From positions 36,350-68,349 of the forward strand of contig JAUWKS010000010.1 in NCBI GenBank assembly GCA_030614005.1: DNA of 32,000 nucleotides, read 5' to 3'. Made by a program: the position numbers and the translations under genes. Below are positions 18,240 through 25,689 of the stretch, in pieces; within the stretch, counting starts at the first letter, position 1; every line of letters starts with the position of its first letter. The stretch comes from Candidatus Heimdallarchaeota archaeon (GTDB lineage: Archaea; Asgardarchaeota; Heimdallarchaeia; JABLTI01). The notes below the pieces were generated by a model. It searched no databases. It was not told the origin of the DNA and saw only the letters and a list, made by a program, of their open reading frames with translations.

Positions 18240-20285
18240 TTACTTTTTCCTCTTTTTACGCATTAGTAGACCGATTACTGAAAACAGCACAAAACCGCCT
18301 ACAAATGAGATTAGACCAAAAGGTGTATCTTCAACTGAATATAGAAGTGGATTAGAAACTAAAATTCTTGTTCCATCTGCACCTTCAGCAAGGAAGATGT
18401 ATCCATTTCTAATTGCTAAAGATTTATGTGTTGCTAGGTCATCATATTGTCCTATTAACCGAGGATGAACAATGTTTTCAGTATCACAAACCATTAAACC
18501 TAAATTGCCGTCTATTAAATAGACGTATTGTCCATCTACTTTCAGAGTGTGTGGGTCTTCATAAGTAAAGAATTGTCCTACTTTTACTGGTTCAAGTAAA
18601 TCGGTAAGATCAATAATGTCAAAGCCTTCATCACATATGAAAAAGCCATGGTTATTTTGTATTTCTACACCCCAATAGTTTGCATTTGGACGTGTAAAAT
18701 TACCAATTTGTTCAGGATTATATGGATTTGTTACATCAACAACATGCATGTAATCTTCTGCTGCTAAGATAAGGTTGTCTCCAAACTTTTTAACTCCCCA
18801 TATCCACCCAAGTTCATCATATTGTAGTGATTTCATTGGATAATCTGGATAGTAGATATCGATAATTGCTAAACCATTCCATGCTTGAGCAACGTATGCA
18901 AACTCATCATCAACATAGATGTCCATAGACTGCCCTGTGAAAGAGATGTTCCCCTGATATACAGGATTGGCTGGATCAGTAATGCTTAAAATTACCATTA
19001 TTGAATCACCATGGTCTTCTTCTAGAAGGTAAATGTAACCATTTCTTACAAATAAATCAACAATTGGTCCACCAATTGAATAATCATGATAAGAACTTAC
19101 TTTGGTAACATTAGCAAGATTAGTAATATCCAATATTTCTAATGAGAAATGATCAGCAACAAAAGCATAATCTCCATCTAAGAATATCTTTTTAGTAATA
19201 CCATCAAATACTTCAAAGTAAGCAGATGTGATATTTACTGGATTAGAGATATCCAAAATCTCTACTGCATAAGTGCTATAAGCGAAAGCGTAATTTCCGT
19301 AGATATAAAAATCAAATATATCAATTTCAGCATCTGTGTATTCATAAGTGTATACTGGGTTCGTTTTATTTGTCCAATCAAAGATTTCTAATTTATCGCC
19401 TTCATTCACAAACAAGTGATTATTTCTTACTTCTATACCATAACTAGTGTCATTAAATAAAAATTCACTTAGATATATTAGGTTATCTTTTTCCGTTGCG
19501 TTTACTACACTAGCTCTAAACGGAGTAGCGTAATAAATGAAATTCTCAGAATAATAAACATACTTTGCTCCACCAGAACCTATAGTATCTTCACGAATCA
19601 TAGAAAATGGATCAGTCACATTATAGCAGCCTATAAATCCTAAAATATCAGCAGTATAGACATAACCATTAACATAATGCATTTCATCGATAAAAGCCAT
19701 AGTAGTCCAGATATCAACAGGATTATTTCTATCTGTAATGTTTACAACTATGAAATCATCGCTACTTGCCAAATAAACATAATTTCCATGAGCAGCGAGA
19801 GCAAATACACCATCAGGACTGAACCAATTACAAACCCATTCTGGATTAGCGGTATCGCTTATATCTACAACATTAAATCCTGTATCATTTGAAACAAAAA
19901 CGAGATCATCTTCGACGTAAATATTATTACAACTATAAAGATCCCATGATGTTACTAATTGGAGGTCTAAATCAGTAATGTCATAGACTCTAAATCCTTC
20001 TGTACCTAGTGCCAAATACATTCTATTCTCGATAACAAATAGATCTTTGATAGTACCATAATTGTCATCCCAAAAAGATAACTCTGTGATATTATTATCA
20101 GCAGAAGCAGCAGTCAGATCTTCACCGGGTGAAGGACCAACACTCTTAATTTCTATACTTTCCACAGCTTGTTCTTGACCAACAACCATTTTGGTACCAC
20201 CAAAAACAGTCATTGTAAAGAATAATGAAAAAATAACTAAGAAATTAAATAGTTTTCGACTTCGTAATAGATTTCTTACATTCAT
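18240..20285 (-). CDS. LVIVD-repeat (beta-propeller) surface protein with C-terminal TM+basic tail
   Basis: Repeated G..YAYVA...L.I.DI..P..P units; signal peptide from Met17 of the track ORF (ATG 20285, AAGGT SD); tail TPFG+TM+RKKRKK. Confidence 0.9.
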   Translation of the reverse strand: MNVRNLLRSRKLFNFLVIFSLFFTMTVFGGTKMVVGQEQAVESIEIKSVGPSPGEDLTAASADNNITELSFWDDNYGTIKDLFVIENRMYLALGTEGFRVYDITDLDLQLVTSWDLYSCNNIYVEDDLVFVSNDTGFNVVDISDTANPEWVCNWFSPDGVFALAAHGNYVYLASSDDFIVVNITDRNNPVDIWTTMAFIDEMHYVNGYVYTADILGFIGCYNVTDPFSMIREDTIGSGGAKYVYYSENFIYYATPFRASVVNATEKDNLIYLSEFLFNDTSYGIEVRNNHLFVNEGDKLEIFDWTNKTNPVYTYEYTDAEIDIFDFYIYGNYAFAYSTYAVEILDISNPVNITSAYFEVFDGITKKIFLDGDYAFVADHFSLEILDITNLANVTKVSSYHDYSIGGPIVDLFVRNGYIYLLEEDHGDSIMVILSITDPANPVYQGNISFTGQSMDIYVDDEFAYVAQAWNGLAIIDIYYPDYPMKSLQYDELGWIWGVKKFGDNLILAAEDYMHVVDVTNPYNPEQIGNFTRPNANYWGVEIQNNHGFFICDEGFDIIDLTDLLEPVKVGQFFTYEDPHTLKVDGQYVYLIDGNLGLMVCDTENIVHPRLIGQYDDLATHKSLAIRNGYIFLAEGADGTRILVSNPLLYSVEDTPFGLISFVGGFVLFSVIGLLMRKKRKK

Positions 20286-20493
20286 AATTAGTCTACCTTT
20301 CCAAAGAGTACGAATTTTACTATTCATACACAATCAATTCTTAAACCTACATTGTAGTAAAAAGTGTTTGCTTCGTAGCAATTCATAAAGTCGAGGGTCA
20401 TAATTGGTCATAACCAACATTTTTTGTGTATTTAAGACACATTAAGTGACCTCTTCTTGAGTCTTATTTTTGAGACTCTAAAAAGTGAATCCG

Positions 20494-20503
20494 CTTTATA
20501 TAT
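20494..20503. promoter_or_regulatory. TATA element readable in both directions between the LVIVD gene and the small-peptide pair
   Basis: CTTTATATAT: TTTATATA on plus (about 50 bp before ATG 20552), TATATAAAG on minus. Confidence 0.5.
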
Positions 20504-20551
20504 CAAACTGGTTGTATGTTAATTACGAATAAAACTCGGAGAACGAAAAAA

Positions 20552-20641
20552 ATGAACTTCAAAAAACAAAAAATCCAAAAACAAATCAAAAAGGACATTG
20601 AACAAATCAGAATACGAGTGAGCCTCTTATCTGGTTGCTAA
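20552..20641 (+). CDS. Small basic peptide 1 (29 aa) MNFKKQKIQKQIKKDIEQIRIRVSLLSGC
   Basis: ATG with GGAGA SD at 20538-20542, TAA stop; similar to the adjacent peptide 2. Confidence 0.7.
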   Translation: MNFKKQKIQKQIKKDIEQIRIRVSLLSGC

Positions 20642-20673
20642 AAAAACTGATAATAAAATAAAGGTGAAAAAAA

Positions 20674-20760
20674 ATGAACAAAAAATACAACCTAAAAAAG
20701 AAGATTATGCAGGATAAAGCAAAGGCAAGATTGAATTTCGCACTCATTAATGGTGTGTAG
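20674..20760 (+). CDS. Small basic peptide 2 (28 aa) MNKKYNLKKKIMQDKAKARLNFALINGV
   Basis: ATG with AGGTGA SD at 20662-20667, TAG stop; 10 identities with peptide 1 using one gap. Confidence 0.75.
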   Translation: MNKKYNLKKKIMQDKAKARLNFALINGV

Positions 20761-20821
20761 ATTTCAATCATCTTATCTTTATTCAGGAAGAATTTATTTT
20801 AAAAAAAGAGATTTAGAAACA

Positions 20822-20836
20822 CTCATTTTTAATGAG
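20822..20836. terminator. Short hairpin between convergent units
   Basis: CTCATT-TTT-AATGAG; T7 tract follows on the minus strand. Confidence 0.3.
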
Positions 20837-20869
20837 CATTTCAATCAGATTACAATTTTAATTGTTCAT

Positions 20870-21310
20870 TTAATGGTTAACCATAAAAGTATGGGTTAAG
20901 ACTTTACCATTATTATATTCGATTCTTATTTGTAGCATTTGTCCTTGTTCAAGTCCTTCTACATGATATTGGTAGGAGTAGTTCTGACCGTTTTGTATTC
21001 TGTGTCTGTATTGCCATTGATATTGTTCTTGGTAAAGTGTTACTTCAGTTGTACCATTTTTAATTTGGATCTGGTTCATGTATGCGTAATTGTGTTGGTG
21101 TTGATATTGATTACCTGCTGGTGTACCTGATTCTTCTTCACATGATAATACTATACTTACGGTATCGGTATCTGAATCAGCTGTTGCACTAACAACGGAT
21201 AATTCGCTGGCATCTGTTGGTGTTACAGCAAAATACACTCCAACTGAGGCTCCAGCTAAAACGACTACGATGCTTGTAACTAATATTGTAATGAGTACGG
21301 ATTTCTTCAT
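20870..21310 (-). CDS. Membrane-anchored hypothetical protein with Gln/Tyr/His-rich segments
   Basis: N-terminal TM; NQYQHQHNY, YQEQYQWQYRHRIQ, NYSYQYH. Confidence 0.8.
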   Translation of the reverse strand: MKKSVLITILVTSIVVVLAGASVGVYFAVTPTDASELSVVSATADSDTDTVSIVLSCEEESGTPAGNQYQHQHNYAYMNQIQIKNGTTEVTLYQEQYQWQYRHRIQNGQNYSYQYHVEGLEQGQMLQIRIEYNNGKVLTHTFMVNH

Positions 21311-21590
21311 GGTTTAAATCACATGCTAGTATAGTTCACAAAAATACTTAAACAATCTCAGAATATTGTTGTAAATTGGTCGCAATGGTTTAAAATAGGT
21401 TCAAGATGGGTTTACATTATCATTTTTTGCTTTCATTTCTTAAAATTCCACCGTTTTTCAAGATTTTTGGAACAATTTTGCTTCAAAAAATCGATTTCAA
21501 AAAAAACAAGTCCATTTTTTAATTAAATCTTGATTATATACCTTATGTTTATATAATTTAATGTCAAATAATTTCTTGGGATGTTTTAAT

Positions 21591-22301
21591 ATGCGCAAAT
21601 GTGAAAATTGTGGAACCGAGGTTTTAGATGACAACGTGTTTTGTCATAATTGTGGAACACAGATACATAGTAATACTGGCTTTAAGCAACCTGATCAAGA
21701 GTATCTAAATCATAACAAACAATTTATTGTGACCAAACAGCCTTTGATAGCTAGAAATTTCTGGTACTGGTATTTGTTATCAATTCTCTTAAGCCCTTTA
21801 ATGTATCTTTATCTTTACTACAATTTTGAGGATTTGAAAAATTTAGACGAATATGAGCGTCCTTCTGAAACTCCCCCAATGAATATAGATATGACTAAAA
21901 TATTGATTTTGGGTGCTATTGCAATATTTTGTGGATTAGCGGCTTTTATCATGCCATATATTTACTACTTAAAACTCGAAAAGTTGTATCAATATATTGA
22001 ATCGCAACCCTCAAAACAGCAAACTAGAACAGTTTCTGGAAAAAAATTTGCTGCTATATCTATAGTCTATTTTATTGCAATAATGATTTTATATGTCGTG
22101 ATGATGTTAGGACTCACTGTTTTTAATTTCAGTAGTGATGCAGGATTTATTGCTTTTAGTATGAGTTTATATGTATCTATATTTGTTATTATCATTGCTT
22201 TTACGATTTATAATATATTTCATTCAAATAAATGGCAAAAGGCATACAATGAAATTGCTTATTCTATCTGTCCTAAAACAATAAAACAAGATCTCTTCTA
22301 A
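21591..22301 (+). CDS. Zinc-ribbon domain membrane protein (possibly DUF4234-like)
   Basis: CENC...CHNC, about four hydrophobic segments, C-terminal WQKAYNEI; start likely ATG 21591. Confidence 0.75.
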   Translation: MRKCENCGTEVLDDNVFCHNCGTQIHSNTGFKQPDQEYLNHNKQFIVTKQPLIARNFWYWYLLSILLSPLMYLYLYYNFEDLKNLDEYERPSETPPMNIDMTKILILGAIAIFCGLAAFIMPYIYYLKLEKLYQYIESQPSKQQTRTVSGKKFAAISIVYFIAIMILYVVMMLGLTVFNFSSDAGFIAFSMSLYVSIFVIIIAFTIYNIFHSNKWQKAYNEIAYSICPKTIKQDLF

Positions 22302-22350
22302 AACAGATTAAATTGCTTTCCCGAACAAAATAACCGAATTGCTAGGGAAA

Positions 22351-23022
22351 TCATTCAATTTTCCGAAATACTAAACAATAACTGTGGTCATATCCATACC
22401 CGTAGGATCCGTTTGTTTTTTCTTCTTCCGGTGTTTCCCAATTGATTATTATCTCTCCTTGAAATGCTAATATTTCAGCTATTTTTTTACCTATATCCCA
22501 AGCTAGGGTTGTTAGTTTATCATCATTTTTTAGATTGGACACTTCAATTATTATATACGACCCTTTCCTCATAATTGATTTCAATTTAGTATAGATTGCT
22601 TGTATGAAATTTAAATAATCATGGTAGGTCCCTTTTTCAGTAAAACCAGTTAAAGGATTCTCTTGTTCAAATTCAGTCATATATGTGGGTGAAGAAAAGG
22701 CAAAATCCATCATTGGAAGGTTTAGTTTGTCTAAGTTTATTGAATTGTTATTATACAAAATTGCCTTGTTTGTAAGTTGATTCTTAACATATTCAAATCG
22801 ATCCTTTTCTAATTCAATGCCAAAAGGCACTCTACTCATTTCTTCTGCTACGAAAAGAGTAGTTCCAAATCCTGCGAAAATATCTATTATCCTATCACCC
22901 TGTTTCGTATATTCCTTAAGAAAGAGTTCAACTAGATTTTCAGGAAAACGATTATCATCGTGTAGGAACTTTACTGGTAATGAACGATTTTTCTTCATCT
23001 TTAAAGTAATCACTGTTCTCAT
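22351..23022 (-). CDS. Orphan amino-methyltransferase (DNA N4/N6 methylase or Trm11-like)
   Basis: IIDIFAGFGTT (motif I), GIELE, DFAFSSPTY (SPPY variant, motif IV); no nuclease adjacent. Confidence 0.8.
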   Translation of the reverse strand: MRTVITLKMKKNRSLPVKFLHDDNRFPENLVELFLKEYTKQGDRIIDIFAGFGTTLFVAEEMSRVPFGIELEKDRFEYVKNQLTNKAILYNNNSINLDKLNLPMMDFAFSSPTYMTEFEQENPLTGFTEKGTYHDYLNFIQAIYTKLKSIMRKGSYIIIEVSNLKNDDKLTTLAWDIGKKIAEILAFQGEIIINWETPEEEKTNGSYGYGYDHSYCLVFRKIE

Positions 23023-23284
23023 TTTCGGGATTCCTTAAATTTAACTATATTATATAATAAAATGGACAATGAGATTATTCATATGAATTCTTTTTCAATT
23101 GCTAGTTATAAATATCTGTATGAGCAAATCAATATCAATTGCTTATTTTAATTATTCCAATGTAAATTCTCTAAAGGAATATTATTGATTTATATTTCAG
23201 GCCTCTACAAGAAAAAGCTATATTGATCAACAAAACTATTCAAACGATGAAACAGCTATAAAAGAAAAAAAAGAAAATGAAAAA

Positions 23285-24565
23285 TTATGATGCTTTTATT
23301 ACATGAGCATCAAGGTCTTTCATAAAGATTGCCAATACAGTTGATATAGCAAAAAGGACTGTCATAATTATAAAATTGATGTATATAAAATCGGCATTTA
23401 GAGCTTCAGTTACCATTATACATCCAAGCAAAACTATTCCACTAACTTGTCCAATCCACATCATTAAACCATTTGATGTTTCTTCTGGTAGTGGATGCGT
23501 CATTTCCGCAGCATAAGTTAATCCGACTGGCAGTAAAGAAATTAGGAAGAAACCAGAGAAAAACGAAGTAATATATCTAGAAACATCAATATTGATAAAG
23601 TAGAATAATGGTAGAAGAATTGTTCCGGCACCCATGGCTATTATTATGAATAGTTTTCTTTTACGGAAGTGGTCAGATAAAGCTGAAATAATTACAGCTC
23701 CTATAATACCACCACCTACAATTAAACTACCAATAATTCCAGGTCTTGGGTCACCGATTGGATAACTAAATATGACATCAATTACAGCTGAAATTGCATT
23801 AAATGAACCAAACCCTAATAAGAAAATGGTAAAGAGTAAATTGAAATCTCGCTTTTTAAACATAGATCTGGTTCCTTTCAACGCTAATGTTTTACTTTTA
23901 TCGCTGTATGCATTTGGAGGAGTGGGGGGTTTGTCTCGTACAAAGATCAAGTAAAGAATCATTGATATTAATGCGGCAATTCCAAAACTCCAAGTGACCC
24001 AACTAATTGCTAAGTCAACACCGATTTTTTGCACAAGTAAAGGTGGAATTAGAAAAGCTGTTAATACACCAAGAAGCATAGACATTGTTCCTAAACCAGA
24101 GGCTAATGTTTTCTCTTGTTCAGGGAACCAAGCAGCAGCAAGTTTCGTAAATGAATTCAAAACAAAAGGTTGACCTATTGCAGTTAAGATTTGGAAAACT
24201 AAAAGCAAGGCGTAATTTTTCGTTATAATAGCGAATACTCTACAAAATCCAAAAACACCTGTAAATATAACACCTATACCAGTGCCCCATTTTAAGCCAA
24301 ATTTATCTATTGCCCAACAAGCTAGAAAATTGACTGGGACATAAGCAACCATAAAGATTAATGCAAGCACTAGAATTGCTATCTCTGACACGCCAAAAAA
24401 ACCTGCTGTTTCATCAACAATTACTCCATATGTCACCCAAATGACTTGGGTCATTGCTCCAGCAAACATAAACAAAATAAGCACTAACCAACGATACTTG
24501 TAAGCTTTAAATTCGGGTTCGTTGGTCTTCATAACTTTAATTTCACTTTCATTATTTTGAGCCAA
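23285..24565 (-). CDS. MFS transporter (resembles FLVCR/SLC49-type)
   Basis: About 12 TM; YKYRW.VL, WAIDKFG, LSDHFRKRK, EMTHPLPE.TSNG; TTG start with GGAG SD. Confidence 0.85.
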   Translation of the reverse strand: MAQNNESEIKVMKTNEPEFKAYKYRWLVLILFMFAGAMTQVIWVTYGVIVDETAGFFGVSEIAILVLALIFMVAYVPVNFLACWAIDKFGLKWGTGIGVIFTGVFGFCRVFAIITKNYALLLVFQILTAIGQPFVLNSFTKLAAAWFPEQEKTLASGLGTMSMLLGVLTAFLIPPLLVQKIGVDLAISWVTWSFGIAALISMILYLIFVRDKPPTPPNAYSDKSKTLALKGTRSMFKKRDFNLLFTIFLLGFGSFNAISAVIDVIFSYPIGDPRPGIIGSLIVGGGIIGAVIISALSDHFRKRKLFIIIAMGAGTILLPLFYFINIDVSRYITSFFSGFFLISLLPVGLTYAAEMTHPLPEETSNGLMMWIGQVSGIVLLGCIMVTEALNADFIYINFIIMTVLFAISTVLAIFMKDLDAHVIKAS

Positions 24566-24767
24566 TAATATCTTATCTCCTGTTTACCAACCATTTTTAA
24601 TTTTAGGTTATGACTCTCTACAATTAAAAAAGATTGTTCAAAAAAACCGATAAAATGAAACAATATCTGATGTAATTTACTTGGTTGTCACTAGTAAAAC
24701 AATATTGCTTGCAGTTTCAACCAAAAAATTCAATGAATAAATAAGAAAGTTATAGAATAAATTTCTA

Positions 24768-25292
24768 TCATTCTTTTTTATTTCTAAACCAGTCAATAAC
24801 TACTTGATCTTCAGTTGATTTAAGAAGATTACATTCTTTTGCTACTGCAACAGCAAATTCAGTAAATGCTTGACCCTTGGCAGTAATGATATTCTTGTCA
24901 ATTTCAACATCGGAATCTGTAAAAATTGCTTTTTGATAATATTTTTATTCATCTTCCGCAATTGATCCAGTGCAACGTTTATTATCAAGCAACCCTGAAA
25001 AAGCTAAAAAAGTTGGCCCACCACAGATTGCGGCAATTAATTTTTCTTGATCATTTAATTCTCGAAGTTTTTCAGTTAGAATATCTATTTTGGATTTTAA
25101 CTCTTCATTAGAAATGAAAAGTTTAGGTTCACCACCAGGAATTATAAAGACATCAATATCCTTTGTATCAAGATTCTCAATAGAGAAATCAACATGAACT
25201 TCTAAGTTACCAATTGATTTTACCAATCCTTCTTTGAAACCAAAAGTAATAAGCGGCAATTCTCTTAATAGTAAAAGTAATTGTTTTTTATG
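24768..25292 (-). pseudogene. DJ-1/PfpI family gene with missing 5' end and internal TAA
   Basis: IIPGG, AAICGGP (Cys nucleophile); after TAA 24947-24945 the same frame reads KYYQKAIFTDSDVEIDKNIITAKGQAFTEFA...WFRNKKE* to 24768; upstream in frame only HKKQLLLLLRE then a stop, so the first strand and Glu motif are absent. Confidence 0.85.
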
Positions 25293-25301
25293 TTATTCAA
25301 T

Positions 25302-25574
25302 TTAATCTGAATTTTTGGAAGATTCAGGCCAAAGATATTCCGAAATTTCTTCACCACACCTACTGCATTTAGCAATTTTAATAACTGCGGTATCAGTATA
25401 TTCAAAGTTGAATGTCAATCCAAGATCACAAAGAACATCTAAATTACAATATTCGCATCTATAATATTTTCTAGGTTCTTTTATATTCGCAGGCCACATA
25501 TAACTAGAACATGACATACAAAAACTGCGACTATCACACATTAAATGATTTCCTCTAACTGTCAATTCAATCAA
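25302..25574 (-). CDS. Small Cys-rich putative zinc-binding protein
   Basis: CMSC, CEYC, CSRC plus two extra Cys; alternative ATG at 25541 with AGAGG SD. Confidence 0.6.
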   Translation of the reverse strand: MIELTVRGNHLMCDSRSFCMSCSSYMWPANIKEPRKYYRCEYCNLDVLCDLGLTFNFEYTDTAVIKIAKCSRCGEEISEYLWPESSKNSD

Positions 25575-25689
25575 TCACTCTTGATGTATAAATAGTATAA
25601 TAACAAAAATATAAATAAATATTACTGAATGTAAAATATTTTTGTCATATTATTAAAGAAGCAAATATGATTTAAATTATGAAATTAAA

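Noticed and set aside
21380-21510. Loose direct repeats (ATGGTTTAAA/ATGGGTTTACA; TTCAAAAAA twice)
   Set aside because: Low complexity; not a CRISPR array and too weak for an operator call.
23060-23290. Short plus-strand frames, including FQASTRKSYIDQQNYSNDETAIKEKKENEKL
   Set aside because: Interrupted by stops, no SD, no recognisable homology; possibly an old remnant but unsupported.
24945-24947. Stop-codon reassignment or readthrough in the DJ-1 gene
   Set aside because: TAA is the usual terminator in this window and the gene also lacks its 5' end.
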